A DNA stretch of 64,000 nucleotides from Macrostomum lignano (taxonomy: Eukaryota), in contig NIVC01000598.1 in NCBI GenBank assembly GCA_002269645.1, forward strand, positions 346,286 through 410,285, written 5' to 3'. The notes below the pieces were generated by a model. The model had not been told where the DNA came from and did not search any database. It saw nothing but the letters and a program-made list of their open reading frames with translations. A program made the translations under genes and the position numbers. The first letter of the stretch is position 1. Each line of letters starts with the position of its first letter. Shown here in pieces: positions 49,915 through 62,197 of this stretch.

Positions 49915-50830
49915 GATATAGTGAAAGATAGAGTGATCAGGACAGAGTGAAGGACAGAGTGATCAGGACAGAGTGATCAGGACAGAGTGATCAGGACAGA
50001 GTGATCAGGACAGAGTGAAGGACAGAGTGATCAGGACAGAGTGATCAGGACAGAGTGATCAGGACAGAGTGATCAGGACAGAGTGATCAGGACAGAGTGA
50101 AGGACAGAGTGATCAGGACAGAGTGATCAGGACAGAGTGAAAGACAGAGTGATCAGGACAGAGTGATCAGGACAGAGTGAAGGACAGAGTGATCAGGATA
50201 GAGTGATCACGATAGAGTGATCAGGACAGAGTGATCAGGACAGAGTGATCAGGACAGAGTGATCAGGACAGAGTGATCAGGACAGAGTGAAAGACAGAGT
50301 GATCAGGACAGAGTGATCAGGACAGAGTGATCAGGACAGAGTGATCAGGATAGAGTGATCAGGATAGATCAGGACAGAGTGATCAGGACAGAGTGAAAGA
50401 CAGAGTGATCAGGACAGAGTGATCAGGACAGAGTGAAAGACAGAGTGATCAGGACAGAATGATCAGGACAGAGTGAAAGACAGAGTGATCAGGATTGAGT
50501 GATCAGGACAGAGTAACCAGGACAGAGTGATCAGGACAGAGTGAAAGACACAGTGATCAGGATAGAGTGATCAGGACAGAGTGATCAGGACAGAGTGATC
50601 AGGACAGAATGATCAGGACAGAGTGAAAGACAGAGTGATCAGGATTGAGTGATCAGGACAGAGTAACCAGGACAGAGTGATCAGGACAGAGTGAAAGACA
50701 CAGTGATCAGGATAGAGTGATCAGGACAGAGTGATCAGGACAGAGTGATCAGGACAGAGTGATCAGGACAGAGTGATCAAAACAGAGGGAAAGCCAGAGT
50801 GATCAGGACAGAGTGAAAGACAGAGTGATC
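49915..50830. repeat. 14-bp minisatellite (GACAGAGTGATCAG)n
   Basis: Direct reading. Confidence 0.95.
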
Positions 50831-51439
50831 AGGATGGAGTGAAGGAGTTAAAGTGAAGAACAGACTCAAGGGCAGAAAAAGACAGAGAGAAAAACCGGAG
50901 ACAAACAAAGAAGCGAGCAGCGGGCATGATAACACCTCGTACTAGATCAGCACTCCAGGTAGATAAACAAGCGGCTAGAGAAAGATTGATGAGATAAGCT
51001 GATAAACTGAGACTATAACTACAACCCAGTGAAAGTGACTGCAAACTAATTAATTGATCGCGGTTTTGCGTGAGCCAACCTCAGCCTCAGCGCACAATGA
51101 AAACATGCTGAGCAGGACTACAGCTTTGAAGCAAGCCTATATCGGTTTGCCGATCTGAGGCCAGACATATTGAGCGATCGCGTGAACTGACTGGCTCCAT
51201 CTCACAGCCTCCCTCTGCTCCAGCCGTCTGTTTCTTCCTTTGGGGCGCAACGCAGAAAAAAGTAAAAGTGGAAAAAATAAATTGAGCTCCAGGCCGACAG
51301 AGAGACCCAGAGAGTCCTGGATTTGTTTTCAAATTTCGAATTTCAATTAAAATGAGCAAAGATTTCATCCGGAATTGGATACAGTAGTAAGGATTGGCCT
51401 CTGCGTGACTTGAAAGTCAATTGAATCAACATTCAACAT

Positions 51440-52000
51440 CTGCAGAGATAGATCTCTGCAGATAGATGTCAGTAGATAGATGTCTGCAGAGAGATTTCAG
51501 TAGATAGATGTCTGCAGATAGATGTCAGTAGATAGATCTCTGCGGATAGATTTCAGTAGATAGATGTCTGCAGATAGATGTCAGTAGATAGATCTCTGCA
51601 GATAGATTTCAGTAGATAGATGTCTGCAGATAGATGTCAGTAGATAGATCTCTGCAGATAGATTTCAGTAGATAGATCTCTGCAGATAGATTTCAGTAGA
51701 TTGATCTCTGCAGATAGATGTCAGTAGATAGATCTCTGCAGATAGATGTCAGTAGATAGATCTCTGCAGATAGATGTCAGTAGATAGATCTCTGCAGATA
51801 GATTTCAGTAGATAGATCTCTGCAGATAGATTTCAGTAGATAGATCTCTGCAGATAGATGTCAGTAGATAGATGTCAGTAGATAGATCTCTGCAGATAGA
51901 TGTCAGTAGATAGATCTCTGCAGATAGATTTCAGTAGATAGATCTCTGCAGATAGATTTCAGTAGATAGATATCAGAAGATAGATGTCAGTAGATAGATC
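51440..52000. repeat. 28-bp (2x14) minisatellite (GATAGATCTCTGCA GATAGATTTCAGTA)n
   Basis: Direct reading. Confidence 0.95.
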
Positions 52001-52150
52001 TAAGTAGAGTATCACAGCAGATAAATATTTTACAGTAATCTCACTTATAATTATTATTAAACCCTTCAGATTAAATTATCTGAGTAGAAAAAGTGCTTTC
52101 ATAGAGCAGAAGGCAGTGAATCGTAAAATCCCGAAAAACACCCAAAGTGA

Positions 52151-55100
52151 TCAACAGAAGGCCGGCCAGCTTCCGTCAGTCTTCGATTCCGTTGCAGCCT
52201 CATCTTCCACACATTCAGCTGCATCAAAGTCGGCAGTAGATAAAATTGCTGAAAATTCTGCAATATTTGATGCGGAGTTGGGCGCGAACTGACTGCTAAC
52301 CAGTTACATGTGACTGGGCAGGCAGCCAGCTTAATTAAAAGCAAACTTTCCGAGACAGAATTTAACAGGAAACAATGCGTGATACTACGGAGTTATTTTC
52401 TTGCAATCATATCATATTGCGAATAGATAGTCAACAAGTCAACAAAGAAGTCTCAAAGTACCCTCGAAGTCAACAAACCCGTCGCCATTGGAGTCAGCCA
52501 CCTGCAGCATCTCCTCCACCTCCGCCTCAGCCAGCGTGTCGGCAGCATGAAACAGTCGATCAGTCAGCCGTTTCAGTTCGGCTTTATCAATCAAACCGTC
52601 CCCGTTGCTGTCAAAGACCTGAGTTGGCATTGAGAACGGAGACTTTTTTAACTGTCGCTCGTTCAACTACTGATAGTAGCCTTGTTTGTATCGTTTTATC
52701 CCCCTCTAGTTTGCATGTAAAAGTTTCTACCGAACGACAAATCCGCTAGTAATCAACAAGCTCAGCGGCTCTACTTTACTTCTAGCTCGTATCCTACCAA
52801 CGCCTCCCTACCCTACACTAGCCCTCTCTACTCCAACCTTTAAACTCCATACTCTACCCCTACTCACTCCCTCCTACTCTAACCTACTCGCTCCCTCCTT
52901 TACCCTACTCACTCCCTCCTACTCTACCCTACTCACTCCCTCTTTTACCCTACTCACTCCCTCCTACTCTAACCTACTCGCTCCCTACTCTACCCTGCTC
53001 ACTCCCGCCTCACCCACCCTACTCGCTCCCTACTCTACCCTGCTCACTCCCTCCTTTACCCTACTCACTCCCTCCTACTCTACCCTACTCACTCCCTTTT
53101 TTACCCTACTCACTCCCTCCTACTCTAACCTACTCGCTCCCTACTCTACCCTGCTCACTCCCGCCTCATCCTACTCTCTCCCTACTCTACCCTGCTCACT
53201 CCCGTCCCTACTCTACCCTGATCATTCCCCCATACTTTATCCCAGCCGGCAGTCCAGTCTCACAGCAAAAGCCCGTCTCATCTTCGCCAATCGCTGACTT
53301 TTTCGTTTCTCGTCAGCCTGCAGCCTCTGCGACATCATCTTGACGAACTCGTCAAAGTCGATGGTGCCGTCGCCTAAGACGGAATATGAAGTGTCGAGAT
53401 CGAACACGGATCAATGAACTTGCATGATAGAAAAATAGGATGAATCGATAGGTTTATTTGCTAACATATTCGCTGCCCACTTCGATCTTAATCCCCAATT
53501 TGAGTCTTCTCTTTCCCGAAATTCCTCTCGGTCAATTATTATTTCTAGTACTGCCAACCCTTCCCAGGCACTTCTTCGATAATTAAATCATTTTGAAGGA
53601 CACTGCAGACCGGGGCTTGCCAATTCGTCTAAGATGAGATTAAGTTGTTAAACTTGGTCTCTTTGGGTACCAAGCGGACAGTCAAATCAAAGCTTGACGG
53701 ATCATAGCAACCTCCTTTGCTTTTGTTTGCTACTTACCTCTCAACCTTCTTTCTCTTTCTCCCTTAACTCTAAATCTCTCTCCTTCACTCTACTTCTCTC
53801 TTTCCTTCACTCTACTTCTCTCTCTCCTTCACTCTACTTCTCTCTCTCCTTCACTCTACTTCTCTCTCTCCTTCACTCTACTTCTCTCTCTCCTTCACTC
53901 CTCTCTCCTTCACTCTACTTCTCTCTCTCCTTCACTCTACTTCTCTCTCTCCTTCACTCTACTTCTCTCTCTCCTTCACTCCTCTCTCCTTCACTCTACT
54001 TCTCTCTCTCCTTCACTCTACTTCTCTCTCTCCTTCACTCTACTTCTCTCTCTCTCCTTCACTCTACTTCTCTCTCTCTCCTTCACTGTACTTCTCTCTC
54101 TCCTTCACTCTACTTCTCTCTCTCTCCTTCACTCTACTTCTCTCTCTCTCCTTCACTGTACTTCTCTCTCTCCTTCACTCTACTTCTCTCTCTCTCCTTC
54201 ACTGTACTTCTCTCTCTCCTTCACTCTACTTCTCTCTCTCTCCTTCACTCTACTTCTCTCTCTCTCTCCTTCACTCTACTTCTCTCTTTCCTTCACTCTA
54301 CTTCTCTCTCTCTCTCCTTCACTCTACTTCTCTTTCTCCTTCACTCCGCGCAGCATCCGGATGCCACTTGCCGTCCTCGTCGACTTGTCGCAGCATATCC
54401 TGCAACTCGGCCGGCCGGGGCCGCTGTCCGAGCGCGCTCATGGCTTCGGCCAACTCCTCGGAGCTGATGAGGCCGTCCGAGTTTTTGTCGAATAGTCCGA
54501 ATGCGTCTCGAATATCTGGCCAAAGCAGTGATGCGGAAGGTAATTTGGAAAGCACGGTGGAAGGGGGCCGAAGCGGGGCGGAAGCGGGGCGGATGCGAGG
54601 CGGATGCAGGGACGAAGCGGGGCGGATGCGAGGCGGATGCAGGGCCAAAGCGGGGCGGATGCGAGACGGATGCAGGGACGAAGCGGGGCGGAAGCGGGGC
54701 GGATGCGAGGCGGATGCAGGGACGAAGCGGGGCGGAAGCGAGGCGGATGCAGGGCCAAAGCGGGGCGGATGCGAGGCGGATGCAGGGACGAAGCGGGGCG
54801 GAAGCGGAGCGGAAGCGGGGCGGAAGCGGGGCGGATGCGAGGCGGATGCAGGGCCAAAGCGGGGCGGATGCGAGGCGGATGCAGGGACGAAGCGGGGCGG
54901 AAGCGGAGCGGAAGCGAGGCGGAAGCGGGGCGGATGCGAGGCGGATGCAGGGCCAAAGCGGGGCGGATGCGAGGCGGATGCAGGGACGAAGCGGGGCGGA
55001 AGCGGGGTGGAAGCGGGGCGGATGCGAGGCGGATGCAGGGACGAAGCGGGGCGGAAGCGGGGTGGAAGCGGGGCGGAAGCGGGGCGGAAGCGGGGCGGAA

Positions 55101-55226
55101 GCGGGGCGGAAGCGGGGCCAAAGCGGGGCGGAAGCGGGGCGGAAGCGGGACGGAAGCGGGGTGGATGTGCTAAAATTTCACATTCGTACCTGCCAGTTGT
55201 GCCTCGGACAGCTCTTCAGACTCCAT
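52151..55226 (-). CDS. Calmodulin-like protein with four EF-hands; exons 55226-55190, 54515-54372, 53373-53264, 52618-52462, 52257-52151; 184 aa
   Basis: The spliced product reads MESEELSEAQLADIRDAFGLFDKNSDGLISSEE...VDEDGDGTIDFDEF...AFAVFDSNGDGLIDKAE...ADSNGDGFVDFEEF. All four 12-residue loops are canonical. Phases 1,1,0,1 are consistent. Intron 2 uses a GC donor (G|GCAAGT). Confidence 0.92.
52805..53220. repeat. Degenerate repeat (TACTCTACCCTACTCACTCCCTCC)n
   Basis: Direct reading; calmodulin-like intron 3. Confidence 0.85.
53775..54345. repeat. (TCTCTCCTTCACTCTACTTC)n repeat
   Basis: Direct reading; calmodulin-like intron 2. Confidence 0.9.
54565..55165. repeat. GC-rich repeat of 11-bp sub-units (GCGGGGCGGAA/GCGAGGCGGAT/GCAGGGACGAA)
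   Basis: Direct reading; fills calmodulin-like intron 1. Confidence 0.92.
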
Positions 55227-56154
55227 TCTCTTCAGTGAAAAGTTATTTTTTCAGAAAGTTAAAGCCTCGTAAAAATTCTGCTACCAAGCTGGGTTCTGTG
55301 CTGCTCACTAGATTGAAATTTCTCCGGCCAAAATATTTCATTCTCTGTGCCTTCTGTCCATCCCGGTTGGCTGGGTTGAGTTCTTGCTGAGAGATGCACT
55401 GCTACTGGCTTTAATTTTATTTCTTTGCAGCTCACGTCTGCTTCTTACTTTATAAATATCAGTGTGGGATGGGATGATTATCAGTGTGGGATTGGATAAT
55501 TATCAGTGTGGGATTGAACGATTATCAAATGGCATATGTTTTGGCAAAAGACGGTAGCCATATCCAACAATTCGAGAATTTATTTTTTTTTACAAAAAAA
55601 ACTAGAGAAACAGAAAAACTAGCAGCAATCTATTCCGAATTGAAAGCGGGAAAAGTGGAGACAAAAAGCAGAGAAGTGAGCAAAAATCTTATCGAATAAA
55701 CTTCGAACTGAAAAAATAGTTTTTTATAACGCGTTTAACCGATTTAAGCGACAGCTCAACTAACGCAACAATCCATTTAGATTTTAGACAAATTTTCGGC
55801 AAAAATATTTCCTAGAAACAACTACATATTTTGGACTGCCAGACATTTGACTGACAAGTCTTTGATAGCTTTTGGCTCAAGCAATCTCTGCGTAATCAGA
55901 GATAGACGTCATAGAGTTACAAAAGCATGCGCTCAACAGCCTACTCGAGACAGTAGCCAAGTAAAGTAAATTGCAACTGTCTTTTCATCGAACTTAAAAA
56001 TTTTTCAGTCGCTGGCAGTCAAATGGCGGCATCCCAAAAACGACGCCTAAATAATAATAATAATAAACATTGGCGCAACAGCCTACTCGAGTCAGTAGCT
56101 AAGTTAAGTAAATCGCAAATATTTTTAACTCGGTTGAAAAAATGTTTATGGTTA

Positions 56155-57494
56155 CTACTGGGACAGATCGGCGCCCCAGAGCGGCAGGTCGGCGGGCGCC
56201 AGGCCGTGCTTAATTTTCCGGTTTTCCGTCTCGCGCGAAAAGAAATAACCGCAGGTCGGCTTTTGAAAGGTGAGAAACGGAGCCACGTCGTTCTTCTTAC
56301 GGTCGCTGTCGTTGAATTCCTCGGCTAGAGGCGGCAGGAAGGCGGCGCGCAGCTGCTGCTGTTGCTGGGCCCGCATGTGCAGCCCGACTGGGACGAACTG
56401 GCGGGAACGCTGGACATTATAGCGTCTGCTCAGCTTACTGCTCAGGCCCATCTGATGAAGCCGGGCGTGCTCCAGACTCTGCCAGGCGCGCAGCCTCGGG
56501 TCTGGATTGTAGCTGTAAACCATTGGGGTGCACTCCGGGCCGCCTTGCTGACGCTGCTGCGGCGATGACTCTTGGTACTGGCGCCAGGTGCGATTGTTGT
56601 CAACGAAGAGAATGCCAGGCTGACCAGCTGGCTCTGGGGCTGGTGCGGATCGCTGAAGAAGGAGAAAAGCGTGTTTAAAAGTACATTGTATACTGTTATC
56701 TGTTTTGCAACTAATATTTTGACTCTGCTGCCCCGAATGACGCTCATTGGCTGCAGGGACTGAATTTGTACACTTATCGATTGTTTTTCTGATTCTCTGT
56801 CCCCGTCGGGCGCTTATTGGCTGCAGGACTGAAATGCACGCTTATCGATTGCCTAGCTCAGCTCTGATTCTCTGTCCCCGTCGGGCGCTTATTGGCTGCA
56901 GGACTGAAATGCACGCTTATCGATTGGCTAGCTCAGCTCTGATTCTCTGTCCCAGTCGGGCGCTCATTGGCTGCAGGACTGAAATGCACGCTTATCGATT
57001 GCCTAGCTCAGCTCTGATTATCTGTCCCCGTCGGGCGCTCATTGGCTGAAGAGCTAAAATGAAACTTACCAACCCTTAGATTATCGATTTATTCTCTTTT
57101 TCTCTCTGCCCCTACCTGAAGCTCATTGGCTAGGTTGATCATTGTTTAAATGTACATGTGTACTAGCTTCACGCACCTGCGCCGCCGTCAGCTGCATTCG
57201 CTGAGTCGTCGGCCTGCTGGCAGGCGACCCGCCTGACGACTGAGGCGCGGCCGCGGTGGCAGGCTTGCTTCGACTTTGCGTGGACGGCCTGCGTGAAGTA
57301 TTCGTGGCTGGTCGCTTCGAAGCCGTGGTAGCCGGACGCGACGATGTCGCTGCCACGGCCGCAGTCGGCGCCTCGGCTGCTGGCGCCAAATCCGACAGCT
57401 CCGCTTGGATGGCAGTGTCGACTTTGGGCAGCTCCGTCTGGGTGCCGACCTCGCCGCTGCGGGCTGTGCCGGGGTCTGCTGCTTCGGTTGACAT
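56155..57494 (-). CDS. Uncharacterised protein or 3' half of the coiled-coil gene; exons 57494-57177 and 56652-56155 (271 aa)
   Basis: CAG|GTGCGT donor (57176) and ttcttcag|CGA acceptor (56653) are both phase 0 and join two open GC-rich frames. The first part is Ser/Thr/Ala/Pro-rich and likely disordered; the C-terminus is GILFVDNNRTW...TCGYFFSRETENRK...PADLPLWG. The family is not recognised. Confidence 0.7.
56735..57060. repeat. About four copies of a 75-bp unit, each containing a CCAAT box
   Basis: ATTGG occurs at 56746, 56816, 56891, 56966 and 57041, and again at 57125. Confidence 0.9.
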
Positions 57495-58196
57495 CTGCGC
57501 TGGATTCAGACTGAGACTGTGCTCACCTGTGCCTGTCTCTAGCCACAGCTAGCTAACACTCCCCCTGCGGCGGGCAAAGCGGTCTTTTACACTAAGCCAG
57601 AGCTTAAAGCCAGAGGAGGGCCAACAATGGCTGAGACGAGAGCGCAGACTTTCTCGTCTCACCGGTCGCTCAAGCACAGCACGCCTAGGCGCCAAAGCTT
57701 TCATTAGAGATAGAGGGCCAGGTGGCTGAATTGAAAAGCAATGAGAATGAAAAAAATCTTTGAGGCTCTCTCGCCCTCAAGTAGAGAAAGGTGCAGCAGC
57801 ATCTCAGCTTCTTTACAATCTCTACTCGCTATTGTGCACCTCTCGCTACCCCTCTGAGCCGTCCACTTGGTCTGTCTGTGTCGGTCGGTCGGTCGGCCGC
57901 GTGAGCCGCTTAGCAACGGGCAGGCAAATGGGGCGCCATTATTTTCTTTTGAGCTTGTGTATTTTTTAAAAGACATCTACTTCACCTGTCTGTCTTTTGC
58001 TGCCTATTTATAGTGCACTTATAGTGCGTTATTGCAATTGACTCACTAAGGCTCGACGGCAAGATGGTGAAGTGTAAACAGAGATTTTGCAAACAAAACC
58101 GCTACACTAATTACCATGGTTAATACTCGAATTTTAGATTATTCAATAGATGATTTTGCTAAGTTACCGCTACTTTAATTATTTCCAGTGCTGCAG

Positions 58197-58660
58197 CTAC
58201 TACTACTACTATACTAACTACTACTATACTACTACTACACTACTACTATTACAATACTACTAAGCTCGTACTACTACAATACTACTATCTACTACTACAA
58301 CTACTATTACTACTACTACTACTACTATTACTACTACTACTACTACAACTACTATTACTACTACTACTACTACTACTACTACTACAACTACTACTATTAC
58401 TACTACTACTACTACAACTACTATTACTACTACTACTACTACTACAACAACAACAACTACTACTACTACTACTATTAACTACTACTGCTACTACTACTAC
58501 TACAACTACTACTACTACTACTACTATTAACTACTACTGCTACTACTACTACTACAACTACTACTACTACAACTACTATTACTACTACTACTACTACTAC
58601 TACTACAACTACAACTACTACTACTGAATACTACTACACTACTAATACACGTACTACTTC
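58197..58660. repeat. Imperfect (CTA)n microsatellite
   Basis: Direct reading. Confidence 0.95.
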
Positions 58661-59273
58661 AAGCCTTGCAATTTAATGAATCACAATTACAACCTGGATA
58701 AATAAAATGGACGCTAAGAAATCTGTCAAGAAGTACTCAATTATTATAAATAGAATTTCTTACAAAGCAACTGTACACTTGTTAGAAAAGTTTATTCTAC
58801 TAATTTGCAATAAAAAAGGATGGATAACAAAAGTAGCTATAATATGTAATCATACAGCACGATTATTTTTTCTTCATCGTTATTTTATGAAAATAAGGTA
58901 GCAACAAAAGTTGAAAATAATTATTGAATAATAAACGCTTAAAATTGGCAAATCAAAAACGCACAATATCTTGCACTGCTTTTTATAGAGCACTAGCACC
59001 AAAAATATATAATGAAAAATATGAAGCTATCACTAAAAAATTGCCATGAAAAATGAAGCTGTCAAGCCAAACAAACAACATAATCGGTTTATTAAACTTC
59101 TTGCTATCAATAAATTTACTTGCAGATTCTTGAATATATAATGTCGATTTCTACTATCTAATCAAAACAAACAGCACTTACTCAAAACTATGCTTACTCA
59201 GAAGATGAAAACTTGTATAAATGACGCATAGTCAGGTTTTGTTATTTTACAACAGAATGTAACAGTCGGGCAC

Positions 59274-60418
59274 TCAGTTGCCGCAGCCTGCTGTCACCAG
59301 CTGCACCTGTCGATGCTCCCGCTTCTCGCTGACCAACTCGGCCTGCAGCTCCTGGTTCTCCTGCTGCAGCCGCAGGCAGTCCGAGTTCGAGCGCTGCAGC
59401 TTCGCCCTGAGGCTGGCGATCTCCGACTCTGTGCTGCGGCTCAGCGCTCTGGTTGGGTCGGATAAGGCGAAATTTATTATGCTAAACTGCTAGCAAATGG
59501 CTGCGAGTGCAGGGCGCCGGATTTACTGTCTGTCTATCTGTCTGCCTGTCTGCCTGCCTGTCTGTCTGCCTGCCTGTCTGTCTGCCTGCCTGTCTGTCTG
59601 CCTGTCTGTCTGTCTGTCTGTCTGCCTGCCTGTCTGTCTGCCTGCCTGTCTGCCTGCCTGTCTGTCTGCCTGCCTGCCTGCCTGTCTGCCTGCCTGTCTG
59701 TCTGCCTGCCTGTCTGCCTGCCTGTCTGTCTGCCTGTCTGTCTGTCTGCCTGCCTGTCTGCCTGCCTGTCTGCCTGCCTGTCTGTCTTTCTGTCTGTCTG
59801 TCTGCCTGCCTGTCTGTCTGTCTTTCTGTCTGTCTGTCTGTCTGTCTGCCTGTCTGCCTGCCTGCCTGCCTGTCTGTCTGTCTGTCTGCCTGTCTGTCTG
59901 TCTGCCTGCCTGTCTGCCTGCCTGTCTGCCTGTCTGTCTGTCTGCCTGTCTGCCTGCCTGTCTGCCTGTCTGCCTGCCTGTCTGCCTGCCTGCCTGTCTG
60001 TCTGTCTGTCTGCCTGTCTGTCTGCCTGCCTGTCTGTCTGCCTGCCTGTCTGCCTGCCTGTCTGTCTGTCTGCCTGCCTGTCTGTCTGCCTGCCTGTCTG
60101 TCTGTCTGTCTGCCTGTTTGCCTGCCTGTCTGTCTGCCTGCCTGTCTGTCTGCCTGCCTGTCTGCCTGCCTGTCTGTCTGTCTGTCTGTCTGCCTGTCTG
60201 TCTGTCTGCCTGTCTGCCTGCCTGTCTGTCTGCCTGCCTGTCTGTCTGCCTGCCTGTCTGTCTGTCTGTCTGCCTGCCTGTCTGTCTGCCTGCCTGTCTG
60301 TCTGTCTGCCTGCCTGTCTGTCTGTCTGCCTGCCTGTCTGCCTGCCTGTCTGTCTGTCTGCTTGTCTGTCTGCCTGCCTGCCTGTCTGTCTGTCTGCCTG
60401 TCTGTCTGTCTGTCTGCC

Positions 60419-60451
<33 letters not shown>

Positions 60452-60578
60452 GCCTGTCTGCCTGCCTGTCTGCCTGTCTGTCTGCCTGCCTGTCTGCCTG
60501 TCTGTCTGCCTGTCTGTCTGTCTGCCTGCCTGCCTGTCTGTCTGTCTGTCTGCCTGTCTGCCTGCCTGTCTGCCTGCC

Positions 60579-60615
<37 letters not shown>

Positions 60616-60654
60616 GCCTGTCTGTCTGCCTGTCTGTCTGTCTGTCTGTCTGCC

Positions 60655-60691
<37 letters not shown>

Positions 60692-60930
60692 GCCTGTCTG
60701 TCTGTCTGTCTGCCTGTCTGTCTGTCTGCCTGTCTGTCTGCCTGCCTGCCTGTCTGTCTGCCTGTCTGTCTGTCTGCCTGTCTGCCTGCCTGTCTGCCTG
60801 TCTGTCTGCCTGTCTGTCTGCCTGCCTGCCTGTCTGCCTGTCTGTCTGCCTGTCTGTCTGCCTGCCTGTCTGTCTGTCTGTCTGTCTGTCTGCCTGTCTG
60901 TCTGCCTGTCTGCCTGTCTGTCTGCCTGCC

Positions 60931-61014
<84 letters not shown>

Positions 61015-61408
61015 CAGCCAGAATAAAATCGCATGCTCACAAGAAGTTGTGTCGTTCATCTTTTAACTTCGACTTCTTCTTTTGCAACTGCCGTTTAAGC
61101 TGGTGATTTTCGGATTCAAGCTTGGCAAGTCTAAAACGATACGAATGCCATTAAAAAAGAATAAAAGCAGCTTAAGGGTATTGGAACCATTGGTAGAGAT
61201 AAAAAGCAGCTCGCCTGAGCAAAAGGTCGTCGTCAGCATCGCTCAAGTCTAAGGCGCTGTCTGTACCATTGGAATTCGGTGATTCACTAAAAAACGCAGG
61301 CTGAGGCTGTTCAGCAGCTGGAGCGGCTGGCTCGGACTCAACGAACACATATTCTCCGTCATCAACTGGACTGTCGAGCTCTTGCTCAACCGAAGCCGCT
61401 CCAGCCAT
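59274..61408 (-). CDS. Uncharacterised coiled-coil protein; exons 61408-61215, 61130-61041, 59448-59274 (152 aa), or spliced at 59307 onto 57494 to give about 413 aa
   Basis: An acidic N-terminal exon is followed by heptad-rich RLAKLESENHQLKRQLQKKKSKLKDERHNFL and ALSRSTESEIASLRAKLQRSNSDCLRLQQENQELQAEL. Phase-2 junctions match: AG|GCGAGC (GC donor 61214), ttttag|A, TT|GTGAGC, ccaaccag|A. Confidence 0.7.
59525..61013. repeat. Mixed (CTGT)/(CTGC) tetranucleotide microsatellite
   Basis: Direct reading; fills the intron between exons 61041 and 59448. Confidence 0.98.
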
Positions 61409-61544
61409 AGCGGGTAGCGATAGGCGATCGTGAACAGCCCAGATAATCTATCCAGGTACTGGATAGGTCGCTGGAATCGTTTGACTCTTTACTGTAAAAT
61501 GTTTGACTGTACATATGCGTGGTAGTCGCTAGGGATGAGGATCT

Positions 61545-61975
61545 GGGATGACGGTGGTGGCCCAGCAACTGAGGATCTGGGAGGCTGGCCCAGCAACTGA
61601 GGATCTGGGAGGCTGGCCCAGCAACTGAGGATCTGGGAGGCTGGCCCAGCAACTGAGGATCTGGGAGGCTGGCCCAGCAACTGAGGATCTGGGAGGCTGG
61701 CCCAGCAACTGAGGATCTGGGATGACGGTGGTGGCCTAGCAACTGAGGATCTGGGAGGCTGGCCCAGCAACTGAGGATCTGGGAGGCTTGCCCAGCAACT
61801 GAGGAGCTGGCGGGTGACCCAGCAACTGAGGACCTGGGAATCTGGCGGGTGACCCAGCAACTGAGGACCTGGGAAGCTGGCGGGTGACCCAGCAACTGAG
61901 GACCTGGGAATCTGGCGGGTGACCAGCAACTGAGGACCTGGGAAGCTGGCGGGTGACCCAGCAACTGAGGACCTA
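61545..61975 (-). repeat. CCCAGCAACTGAGGATCTGGGAG-core minisatellite (about 28-bp units)
   Basis: Reverse complement of the 11360-12478 family. Confidence 0.95.
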
Positions 61976-62197
61976 GCAGCCTCCTAGAGTCTTGTACGTG
62001 CTAAAAATATGCAAGAATTGGTACCTGTTGTACAGAAAAAAGGCATCAAACCACGTTTGTACATCAATTTAATTAAAGGTGCCCATAATTTACATTGGAC
62101 ACAAACAAATCATGCAACATCCATGTAAAGAAAAAATGCGACTAAAAGTACAGAACTTTAGTGAAAGACGACTTTTTTTAAATATGATCCACAACTT

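Noticed and set aside
55929-56120. Direct repeat of about 50 bp (AACAGCCTACTCGAG.CAGTAGC.AAGT.AAGTAAAT)
   Set aside because: Only two copies in a 3'UTR/intergenic stretch, with no evidence of function or mobility.
56240-56285. HLSKADLR frame as first exon of the calmodulin-like gene
   Set aside because: The phase is incompatible with the 54515 acceptor. A better exon (55226-55190, MESEELSEAQLA, G|GTACGA) fits exactly.
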